Positions 31,549 through 40,129 of a stretch of DNA of 64,000 nt are shown here, one piece after another; position 1 is the stretch's first letter; each line of letters opens with the position of its first letter. This stretch comes from Accumulibacter sp. (GTDB lineage: Bacteria > Pseudomonadota > Gammaproteobacteria > Burkholderiales > Rhodocyclaceae). Location of the stretch: contig JAVMKC010000075.1 of NCBI GenBank assembly GCA_031732795.1, forward strand, positions 347 to 64,346, given 5' to 3'. The position numbers and the translations under genes are program-made. Under the pieces are notes generated by a model. It made no database searches and was not told the origin of the DNA. It worked only from the letters and a program-made list of their open reading frames with translations.

Positions 31549-33140
31549 CCTGTGGCTCTCCCCAAAACACAAAAGTCGGCGCCGGATCTCGTGCCGATCA
31601 ATTCAAGACGCGCGCCATTGGCTTCGCATAATTCGCGGACAATGTACAGACCGAGACCGGTTCCCCGATGATGGGTCGTAAAAAACGGTTCGAAAATATG
31701 TTCGCGGGCACTTTCATCGACTCCGGGGCCGTCGTCGATGACGTGGAGTTCGATGTGCTCATCAAATCTGGCGTCGGCCACGCGAACACGGATGCTTCCC
31801 GTGGTGCGTTGCGAATGCCGCAAGGCATTGCCGAGCAGATTCCACAACATGCGATGGCAATGCGAACGGTCGAAGCAAAGCTGTGCACGGCCCGAAATCT
31901 GCAGTTCGATGACGTCTGCCGGCAACTGTTCTTTCAACAGACAATCTTCGATGAACGTTGGTAAGGTTTCGCGCAAGTCGATCAATTCCGGATAGATTCG
32001 GTCTCGATGTCCCAGGTCGAGAATGTCATTGACGATGCGTTCCAAACGCTGGCTGTTGTCGAGGACGATGCGCAACAAGCGTTCGTACATTTCCCCGCGC
32101 CGCTCTTCGCATAACAATTCGCCGGCGTGGCGGATGGCTGACAGCGGATTACGGATTTCGTGGGCAATCTGCGCCGTCAACCGCCCCAAAGCCGCCAGTT
32201 TCATCTGCAGAGCCTGCTCACGAACGCGGCCCATGTCTTCGAGAAAAATCAGTACGTCGCGTTCGCTGCTTTCGGTGAGCACAAAGCGCGCTTGCAGTTG
32301 CAAGCCGTTGGTGGGAACATGCACCAGAACCTTGTCGGCATGCGCTTGCTGACTCCAGTCGGTGAATGCCGTGGCCAGTTCCGGCGAATAGTCGTTCAAT
32401 TGTCGATCGGCGGCAGTAGTCAAGGCGAGCAAGTGCCGTGCCCGCGGATTGTGCTGTTTGATCAGTCCAAAAGAACTGAGCACCACGACGCCTTCCTGCA
32501 TTTCCTCGATTGCGCGCTGACTGATTTCGATCTGATTGCGTAAATCGACGCCGCGACGATATGCCAGTTGCTCGTTCGCGATCACCCGACTCGCCAGCAG
32601 GCGCGCTGAAATGGCTACAGCAAAACAACCAGTACTGAAAACGCCAGCCTGGAAGAAAGCTGTCGGGTCGAAATCGTTCTTTAAAAAAGCGGTATACGAT
32701 TGTTCCAAGAGAACGGCCAAAGTCGCCAACGCCGCATAAAACAGCACCAAGCGGCCTTGCCCGACCAAACCGGCGGCGGCCAACATTGCCAATAGCATCG
32801 TCCCCAGACCACTATTCAGACCCCCGCCAATATGAATCAGCAAGGTGAGTACCACGACGTCGAGCATGACGTTGCTGGTCAACTGCACACTGTAATGCCG
32901 GCCGTGATGGTAACTGACGAATAGCGCCAGAAGTGTGATCAACAAGTAACCAGTCGGCAGAGCATGCTGAAGCGACTGGTGAGCGGTCAGAAAAGGGAAG
33001 GTGCCGGGAAAAAGCAGCGCCGAAAATAGCAGCAATGCGGCCAGTGCGACACGATAGAGGTTGAAGTAGCGCAGTGACCGCCAATGACTATCGGAAAAAC
33101 CCGCCAAGTCAACCGAGCCGGAAACGGACCAAGGGCTCAA
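31539..33140 (-). CDS. pilS: Sensor histidine kinase PilS
   Basis: N-terminal TM block beginning WRSLRYFNLYR; H-box LAALGRLTAQIAHEIRNPL; motifs DDGPG, GTGLGL. Confidence 0.9.
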   Translation of the reverse strand: MSPWSVSGSVDLAGFSDSHWRSLRYFNLYRVALAALLLFSALLFPGTFPFLTAHQSLQHALPTGYLLITLLALFVSYHHGRHYSVQLTSNVMLDVVVLTLLIHIGGGLNSGLGTMLLAMLAAAGLVGQGRLVLFYAALATLAVLLEQSYTAFLKNDFDPTAFFQAGVFSTGCFAVAISARLLASRVIANEQLAYRRGVDLRNQIEISQRAIEEMQEGVVVLSSFGLIKQHNPRARHLLALTTAADRQLNDYSPELATAFTDWSQQAHADKVLVHVPTNGLQLQARFVLTESSERDVLIFLEDMGRVREQALQMKLAALGRLTAQIAHEIRNPLSAIRHAGELLCEERRGEMYERLLRIVLDNSQRLERIVNDILDLGHRDRIYPELIDLRETLPTFIEDCLLKEQLPADVIELQISGRAQLCFDRSHCHRMLWNLLGNALRHSQRTTGSIRVRVADARFDEHIELHVIDDGPGVDESAREHIFEPFFTTHHRGTGLGLYIVRELCEANGARLELIGTRSGADFCVLGRATGCH

Positions 33141-33149
33141 GGCGAAGGA

Positions 33150-33377
33150 TCACCTGTCTTTTATGTGGGCGTCACGCAAATGGTCAGCCGAACAATAATA
33201 TCGGCCTTCAGAGAGGATGCTTTCACCGATGGGCTGATTGACCCCGCAATGCACGCATTGAACCATTTGTTCCGTCGGACGCAACATGGGTTTATTGCCT
33301 GAATCAGCCGATCGGCCATGACGCCAAATCCACCACACCACCAGGAGCAAGACAGCAAAAATGAGAATTTTCGTCAT
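33150..33377 (-). CDS. PP0621 family small zinc-ribbon membrane protein
   Basis: 75 aa; N-terminal TM; motif EQMVQCVHCGV..P..ES.....RYYCS..H; usual position upstream of pilS. Confidence 0.85.
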   Translation of the reverse strand: MTKILIFAVLLLVVWWIWRHGRSADSGNKPMLRPTEQMVQCVHCGVNQPIGESILSEGRYYCSADHLRDAHIKDR

Positions 33378-33439
33378 TGTCGGCCCAGTCCTGCGCAGTG
33401 ATGAACCAAGGCAGAAACTCCAAAAATTGCTGTCATATG

Positions 33440-33469
33440 ACCAGCCGGCAGCGGACCAGCCGGCAGCGG
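33440..33469. repeat. 15-bp tandem duplication downstream of tRNA-Pro
   Basis: ACCAGCCGGCAGCGG x2. Confidence 0.75.
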
Positions 33470-33557
33470 TTTTGAACGGCCGGCTGAAGACGACTGCCCA
33501 AGGCCGGAGGCAAATGGCCAGCACCCCGTATCAGCAAACTACGACAGTCATCGAAAT

Positions 33558-33634
<77 letters not shown>

Positions 33635-33648
33635 ACCGAAACACTGTC

Positions 33649-34617
33649 TTAATAACTTCTGGCAACAGCGAAGAGGGACAATTCTAGCAAGGAATCCTTG
33701 TACTGAGAAGCGGGCAAGCCGTCGATCGCTGCCGACGCCCGCTCGGCTTCGACCGCTGCTTGTCGTTTGGTGTAGTCAAGTGCGCCCGTGGCGTGGATCG
33801 CCGCCAGCACTTGGGGAAAATCCTCACGTCCGCCATTCTCGATTGCTTGACGCACCGCCGCTGCCTGTCGTGAATCACCGTTCTGCAACACGAAGATCAA
33901 GGGCAGGGTGGGCTTTCCTTCGGCGAGATCGTCGCCGAGATGCTTGCCGGTATCGGTTTCGGCTCCCGAATAGTCGAGCACGTCGTCGACCAATTGGAAA
34001 GCTGTTCCCAAATGCATGCCGTAGGTGGCCAAGCCGTGCTCAATGTCCGGGTCGGCGCCGCCGATCATCGCCCCAAGCCGTGCCGCAGCCTCGAAGAGCT
34101 TGGCCGTTTTATAACGGATGACTTGCAAATAGCCGGCTTCATCGACCGCGGCATCGTGACAGTTCATCAATTGCAGGACTTCGCCCTCGGCAATGACGTT
34201 GGTCGCATCCGAAAGAACACGCATGATACGCATGTCATTCAGAGCCACCATCATCTGAAAGGCGCGCGAATAAAGAAAGTCGCCGACCAGCACACTCGCC
34301 GCATTGCCGAACAGTGCGTTGGCCGTTTGCCGACCGCGTCGCAGATCGGACGCATCAACCACATCATCGTGCAATAAGGTGGCAGTGTGGATAAATTCGA
34401 CGATCGCTGCCAATTGATGATGATCGGTCCCTTGATAACCCAACGCGCCGGCAGCCAGCAAAACCAACGCCGGCCGCAACCGTTTCCCGCCACTGTGCAC
34501 AATATATTCAGCGACTTGTTTGACCAACGCGACATCTGAGTGAAGGCTGTGACGGATCACTCGGTCAACGGAACGCATATCCGATTCAATGAGGGTATGA
34601 AACAGCTCCGTTTTCAC
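33649..34617 (-). CDS. ispB: Octaprenyl diphosphate synthase
   Basis: Motifs GGKRLRP, EFIHTATLLHDDVVD..DLRRG, FQLVDDVLDY, GDDLAEGKPTLP. Confidence 0.95.
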   Translation of the reverse strand: MKTELFHTLIESDMRSVDRVIRHSLHSDVALVKQVAEYIVHSGGKRLRPALVLLAAGALGYQGTDHHQLAAIVEFIHTATLLHDDVVDASDLRRGRQTANALFGNAASVLVGDFLYSRAFQMMVALNDMRIMRVLSDATNVIAEGEVLQLMNCHDAAVDEAGYLQVIRYKTAKLFEAAARLGAMIGGADPDIEHGLATYGMHLGTAFQLVDDVLDYSGAETDTGKHLGDDLAEGKPTLPLIFVLQNGDSRQAAAVRQAIENGGREDFPQVLAAIHATGALDYTKRQAAVEAERASAAIDGLPASQYKDSLLELSLFAVARSY

Positions 34618-34737
34618 AACGCTCCCCCGAAATAAAACTTTGGAATCTTAGGCGTCGCTTAGAATCGCGTCAAGCTGACTTCATTAGTGGTCTTACCACC
34701 CATCAATTTTCTGAGTCCCAGGATTTGCCGTCTGTCT

Positions 34738-34797
34738 GGTTCCCAAGGTTCACCTTGGGAACCCACTCTGGGAAGCTCTTGAAGAATCTACCGCTTC
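34738..34797. repeat. REP-like extragenic palindrome
   Basis: Perfect 12-bp arms GGTTCCCAAGGT-TC-ACCTTGGGAACC, then a second GAAGC...GCTTC pair. The layout resembles the GTTCCCA...TGGGAAC REP family as I recall it; not searched. Confidence 0.55.
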
Positions 34798-34888
34798 GTC
34801 GCCCAAGTCTGTCCGTCCTCTTCCACCAACCTACACCAACAAACGCCTAGCGTAGATTTGAGATGAGAACTGTTGGGGGGCGGCTACG

Positions 34889-35638
34889 TCAACCAACGAG
34901 GAAGGGCAAGCAATCGATCCGGTCGGTGAAGATCGCCGTGATCCCGCGTTGGAAGAGCGAGACTGCTGTTGCTTGGTCATTGACGGTGTAACACAACACC
35001 GGTACCTGTCGCTCGTGGGCCAGTCGCAGTAGCGGATCGTCTACGCAGCCGGCATGGCAATGCAAGGTTGCTGCGGCCAGCCGGTCCAGACGTTCCGGCC
35101 AGTCGATGGGCGGCTGATGGTACAGGACGCCGATCGGCCACTCTGGAGCGTTGTCGCGGACCGCAGCGAGCGCGCGTTCCGAAAATGACGACAGCAGCGG
35201 TCGAGGGGCGTCAGCCCACAACCGGCGAGCGGCGGCGGCGACTACTTCACCCGTTTCTTCCTCTTGGCCGGGAGCCGGCTTGATTTCAAGGTTGATACGC
35301 AAATCGAGTTCACGGCAGAGCTGCGCCGCGTTGTGCAGCGTCGGCAGTGTTTCGCCGGCAAAGGCCCGATGATGAGCCGAGCCGGCATCCAGACCCTGCA
35401 AGGTCGAATCAGCCGTCTGGCAAACCGCTCCTCGACCAGTCGTCGTTCGTTCGAGCGTCAAATCATGGATCAGCCACGGCGTCCCGTCGGCAGACAGCGT
35501 GACATCGAATTCGACCGCCTGCACACCGAGCCGGGCTGCCAGCCGCAGCCCGGCCAAAGTGTTTTCCGGTGTCAGTGCCCCACCGCAACGGTGTGCGAAA
35601 AAACGGGGCAGGCGCCAGTCCAGGCGCGGAGGCGACAC
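34889..35638 (-). CDS. ugpQ: Glycerophosphodiester phosphodiesterase
   Basis: Motifs AHRCGG..TPENTLAG, VEFDV.LSADG.P.LIHD, NLEIKP, YTVND, IFTDR. Confidence 0.92.
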   Translation of the reverse strand: MSPPRLDWRLPRFFAHRCGGALTPENTLAGLRLAARLGVQAVEFDVTLSADGTPWLIHDLTLERTTTGRGAVCQTADSTLQGLDAGSAHHRAFAGETLPTLHNAAQLCRELDLRINLEIKPAPGQEEETGEVVAAAARRLWADAPRPLLSSFSERALAAVRDNAPEWPIGVLYHQPPIDWPERLDRLAAATLHCHAGCVDDPLLRLAHERQVPVLCYTVNDQATAVSLFQRGITAIFTDRIDCLPFLVG

Positions 35639-36909
35639 TACTTCTTCCGCGTGGTCGGTCGTGGAGCGGGTGCCGGCGCGAGGAACTGATTGCCGCGATG
35701 CACTGCGTCATCAAGAGCTTGCTTGGCTGATTTTTTGCCGCTCCAGGCGGCTTCAAGCTCTTCCTCGACGATCGTACGGATTTTCTCGTTCTCCGAGACG
35801 CGGAAAGTCGTCAATGCGCCGGGTCCTTTCAACTGGCCATACGCGACGGTCAACGCTGGAACATCGTTGCGCAACAACCGGCTGCCGACCGCGGCGCGGG
35901 CGGCGGCGGTCATCGGCAGGAATCCGCCGGCGGCGCTGATCTGTACCTGGATGTCGGGCTCGGTGATGAAACGGATGAAGCGGGCCACCCCCTGGTATTC
36001 AGCGGGCTTCCGGCCGCCGCCGATCCATAACGAAGAGCCGCCGGCCAGCGTTTGCTGAGGCGCTTCGGGCTGATCATCATGATAGGGCAGGGCAGAAACC
36101 CCCGTCGTCTGTTTGCGTTTGTCGTCGAAGGTGGCGAAGAGCGATGAGGAACTGGTCAGCATGCCACAATCGCCGGCGGCGAAACGCCGGTCGGCCTCGT
36201 CACGACGGTCGAAGTAAATGAAATAGCGCGCTTTTGCCCAGGTGGTGGTTAAGGCCAGGTGTTTGACCTGCAGCAGGCTGTTGAAGGCGAGTCGGCCTTT
36301 GCCGTCGGCGATTGGCACACCATGCCAAGTGCTGAGGTTGTCGATATGCACCCATGCTGGCCAGGAAGTGGTGTACGGGCAACTGCTGCCGGCGTCGATC
36401 AGTTTGTCAGCCGCTTTCTGCACCTCCTGCCAAGTCTTTGGCGGTTTGTCCGGGTCGAGCCCGGCTTTGCGAAATGCCTCTTTGTTGATGAACAGGATCG
36501 GTGTCGACCAAGCCAGTGGCAAAGCCAGCAGATTGCCTTTGCCGTCTCCCAGGCCGACGCGCAATTCAGGGGTGATCTGGTTAGCGTCGAAGGACTCGCC
36601 GGCGTCTTTCATCACTGCGTATAAAGGCTTGAAATCCCGCTTGGCGGCGACGAAGTGGGCCTGTTCTTCACGAGTCACCAGATTGATGGCACTAGGTACG
36701 TTGCCTGGCACCCGGCGGACGAGTTTGATCTGGTAATCCTTCTGGCGCGAATTGAACTGTGCCACCAGTTTGTCGAGACGTTCGGCGCGTTCCTCGTCGA
36801 GTTGATGTGACAGCTCGAGATCGAGAGGAGCGCTCCAGGCAGCAGACAGGGCAAACGGCGTGATGAGAGCATACGCCAATGCTGCTGGCAGAAATTTGTG
36901 ATAGCGCAT
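35638..36909 (-). CDS. ugpB: Periplasmic solute-binding protein, UgpB-like
   Basis: 423 aa with signal peptide; motifs FNSRQKDY, STPILFINKEAFRKAGLDP, AGGSSLW, GGFLPMT, KSAKQALD; one-base overlap with ugpQ. Confidence 0.75.
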   Translation of the reverse strand: MRYHKFLPAALAYALITPFALSAAWSAPLDLELSHQLDEERAERLDKLVAQFNSRQKDYQIKLVRRVPGNVPSAINLVTREEQAHFVAAKRDFKPLYAVMKDAGESFDANQITPELRVGLGDGKGNLLALPLAWSTPILFINKEAFRKAGLDPDKPPKTWQEVQKAADKLIDAGSSCPYTTSWPAWVHIDNLSTWHGVPIADGKGRLAFNSLLQVKHLALTTTWAKARYFIYFDRRDEADRRFAAGDCGMLTSSSSLFATFDDKRKQTTGVSALPYHDDQPEAPQQTLAGGSSLWIGGGRKPAEYQGVARFIRFITEPDIQVQISAAGGFLPMTAAARAAVGSRLLRNDVPALTVAYGQLKGPGALTTFRVSENEKIRTIVEEELEAAWSGKKSAKQALDDAVHRGNQFLAPAPAPRPTTRKK

Positions 36910-37435
36910 GATGATCCTCGCAACGGGCGAAAAACGGTCGATTATAGAGTGACTGCCCGAGGATTGCCGAAAAAGCAGTGATTACCGAAAACGCGGCGAA
37001 ACAATTGACTGGTATGTTCCCGTGATCTGGTGGCTTGTGTGCGTGTCAAGGACGCCTCTATTGGGATGCTGTGATCTGTCGGAATGGCAATAAATGCTTC
37101 TAAAAAATATTGAGCGACGTGTTGAACCGTGTGGAACCTACCTAATCGCCATCGAACACGATAAAATCGCGACCAACCTTGCTTATGGACACGAGACGAT
37201 TTGAAAATCGCTATTCGAGGCAGGGTTTTGCGGTGTGCACCGGCATTCGCGCATGAAAAGGGGAACGGCGTCGTAAAGGGAAGGGATCTCATGAACGAAC
37301 ATGTCACGATAGCCATCGGCCAGTCCTCCGGTCGCCGCCTGAGTCGCTTCGATTGCTCGGTCGGTGTCGTCAAAATTTTGCAATGATCGAATGGCATTTG
37401 CTTCACGGCAAAGCGACGCGGTGCTTCGCTTTTGC

Positions 37436-37451
37436 TGGCAATTCCGTTGCA
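37436..37451 (+). promoter_or_regulatory. Candidate sigma54 (-24/-12) promoter
   Basis: TGGCAATTCCGTTGCA, with GG and GC at the exact TGGCA-N6-TTGCA spacing. Confidence 0.45.
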
Positions 37452-37690
37452 ATTGGCATACGGGAACTTCTCTTTCCATATGATGAACATGTCCCTGCCT
37501 TGATGTTGGGGCGGAACGGTTTCGTTGCGATTGCCGATCTGGAATGCGGCGATTGTCGATCATCCCCGGCAGTGATTCCATCTAAAATGAAAATTGGGGT
37601 TTCCATGGTGTCGTTGGATAGGCTTCAGGATGCGCTGGTTCCTGCGGTGTCGGCGGTAAACGGTATCCCGCCGCGGCTGGAAAGCCGTTG

Positions 37691-38443
37691 ATGGCGATTT
37701 CAATCGACGCTTGTGTCGCTCAACATCAAGGCGATCGCCGGGAGCAGCAAGACCGGGCGATCATCCTGCCGCATCCACGAGGGGGAGGTGTGGCGCTGGC
37801 CGTCGTTGCCGATGGTATGGGAGGACATACCGGTGGAGTTATCGCCGCCCAGCAGGTAGTCCATACCGCGCGCAACAATCTCGAACGCTTTTCGGCGCGA
37901 ACCGAACTGGCGCGCACCTTGCTCGAATCGAGCATCAACGAAGCGCACATGTTGATCAAGGCGTCGCGTTTCATCAACGAAAAGGATCCGCATAGCACGG
38001 CAGTGATGCTGCTGCTGCAACCGGGCAAAGCGAGTTGGGCGCACTGCGGCGACAGCCGCTTTTATCACTTCCATGGTGATCGCGTGGTTTTCCGCAGCAC
38101 CGATCACTCGTATGTTGAACAGTTGGTAGTGCAGGGCAAAATCACTGCCGAGCAGGCGCTGGCCCATCCCAAACGAAACATCCTACTGACTTCGTTGGGC
38201 GGTTTGGAAGCGCCGAAGATCGCTTTCGGCGAAACGGATAACCTTGGGGCGAATGATACTTTCTTGCTCTGCTCGGATGGTTTGTGGGCCTATTTCACCG
38301 ATCAGGAACTGGCCTGGGTGATCCATGGTGCGGCGTCAGCTCGGGAAGCGTCCGAATTGCTGATCGGACGGGCGAGATCCATGGCCAATGGTGAAGGCGA
38401 TAATATTTCCCTGGTAATTCTGAAGTTGGTTGAGAAGTCTTAG
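37691..38443 (+). CDS. PP2C-family Ser/Thr protein phosphatase
   Basis: Motifs GDRREQQD, VVADGMGGH, AHCGDSRFY, LLCSDGLW, GDNIS. Confidence 0.92.
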   Translation: MAISIDACVAQHQGDRREQQDRAIILPHPRGGGVALAVVADGMGGHTGGVIAAQQVVHTARNNLERFSARTELARTLLESSINEAHMLIKASRFINEKDPHSTAVMLLLQPGKASWAHCGDSRFYHFHGDRVVFRSTDHSYVEQLVVQGKITAEQALAHPKRNILLTSLGGLEAPKIAFGETDNLGANDTFLLCSDGLWAYFTDQELAWVIHGAASAREASELLIGRARSMANGEGDNISLVILKLVEKS

Positions 38444-38564
38444 AGCACGTCGATTTAAAGATAATTAAATCAATCTTCCGTTTTTGCGCGGTGACGGAAG
38501 GTCGAAAGGAAAAAGTTTCCGTTTCCTGGGCGATTCATTGCACTGACCCAGCCGTAGAAACGCT

Positions 38565-40031
38565 TTATTTTCTTCCGAGACCGCCAAGCAGGGCCGGGAT
38601 GGGCCGTCTGGATTTTTGCGAACGTGCTTGTTGACCCAGACCCTTCTCTTCACCGGCGTTGTCGGATGCCGGTCGTGGTGGTGGAACGGCGCTTTCGTAG
38701 GGCTTGCTGAAATCGAAACCATCGGCGGCCAGGAGCGGTGATTGGCGAACGCTCTTGCGGGTGGATTTTCCGTCATGGCGATCCAACGTCGCCCGCTCGT
38801 TACGGAGCGCGCCGTGAGCCGATGACGGTGAATTCACCGAGCGCCGGCGGTGACCACGTTTGTCAGTCGCTGGATAGGTGTAGTCGATTTCCGGTTCATA
38901 GCCCGGAACGACGATCTGGTCCACTTGCAGACGGATCAGTTTTTCGATTTCCATCAAATAGGGCACTTCGCTTGCTGAAACCAGCGACACCGCTGTTCCC
39001 GGTTTGCCGGCCCGCCCTGTCCGTCCGATGCGATGAATATAGTCTTCCGGTGTGCGTGGCAATTCGAAGTTGATCACGTGCGGCAATTCGTCAATGTCGA
39101 GACCGCGTGCGGCGACGTCAGTGGCCACCAGTACCAGCACCGAGCCGTCCTTGAAGGCCTCGAGGGCTTTCAGTCGATCCTGTTGAGTCTTGTCGCCGTG
39201 AATCGAATCAGCGGCGATACCGGCGCGTTGCAGATCGCGCGCCAGTCGGTTGGTTTCAAGTTTGGTCCGCGTGAATACCAACACCTGATTGAAGTCGGCT
39301 GATTTCAACAGTTTGATCAACAGCGCGCGTTTGGCGTCCGCCGCCACCGGATGTACTCGATGGGTGATCGTTTCGGAGATAGTGTTTCTTCGGGCCACTT
39401 CGACCAATACCGGCTGATTGAGCATCGTATCGGCCAGTTTTTTGATTTCTTCGGAAAAAGTCGCCGAGAACAGCAGGCTTTGGCGTTGTTTGGGCAACAG
39501 TCGGATGATCCGTGTCACATCGGGAATGAAGCCCATGTCCAGCATCCGATCGGCTTCGTCGAGAACCAGAGCTTGTACGTTGCCGAAATGAAGACATTTC
39601 TGTTCGACCAGATCGAGCAGTCGGCCGGGTGTCGCGACCAGGATTTCGACGCCACAACGAATTTCGGCGATCTGCGGTTTGATATCCACCCCGCCATAGG
39701 CGCAACAACTACGCAGCGGAACGTGCTTACTGTAGGCTTTGACGGCGTCATGAACCTGAATGGCCAGTTCGCGCGTCGGTGCCAGTATCAGTACACGTAC
39801 CGGATGTCTGGCCGGCGAAGAGCTGGAATTGGCGAAAGGCAGGATACGTTGCAGCAAAGGGAGGGTGAAGGCGGCGGTTTTTCCGGTGCCTGTCTGCGCA
39901 CCGCCCATCAAATCCCGTCCGGCGAGGACGATCGGGATGGCTTGAGCCTGGATGGGAGTCGGTTCCAGATAGCCTTGTTCGGCCAGGGCTTTCAGCAAGT
40001 CGGGCGCCAGACCGAGTTCGTCGAAACGCAT
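38565..40031 (-). CDS. rhlE: DEAD-box RNA helicase RhlE
   Basis: Motifs PTPIQ, AQTGTGKT, PTRELA, DEAD, SAT, HGDK, DVAARGLD, YIHRIGRTGRAG. Confidence 0.93.
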   Translation of the reverse strand: MRFDELGLAPDLLKALAEQGYLEPTPIQAQAIPIVLAGRDLMGGAQTGTGKTAAFTLPLLQRILPFANSSSSPARHPVRVLILAPTRELAIQVHDAVKAYSKHVPLRSCCAYGGVDIKPQIAEIRCGVEILVATPGRLLDLVEQKCLHFGNVQALVLDEADRMLDMGFIPDVTRIIRLLPKQRQSLLFSATFSEEIKKLADTMLNQPVLVEVARRNTISETITHRVHPVAADAKRALLIKLLKSADFNQVLVFTRTKLETNRLARDLQRAGIAADSIHGDKTQQDRLKALEAFKDGSVLVLVATDVAARGLDIDELPHVINFELPRTPEDYIHRIGRTGRAGKPGTAVSLVSASEVPYLMEIEKLIRLQVDQIVVPGYEPEIDYTYPATDKRGHRRRSVNSPSSAHGALRNERATLDRHDGKSTRKSVRQSPLLAADGFDFSKPYESAVPPPRPASDNAGEEKGLGQQARSQKSRRPIPALLGGLGRK

Positions 40032-40129
40032 GGGCAATACCTTCAATCCAATCAAAACGATAAAAAATCAGACGTATATTGACTGGCATTATAACCCGGC
40101 CGGGTGCTACGGCAGTGGCGGTTGGTGAT

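Noticed and set aside
36942-37490. 182-aa minus-strand ORF in the ugpB-PP2C gap
   Set aside because: No SD, no motif, atypical composition, and several overlapping ORFs of equal plausibility.
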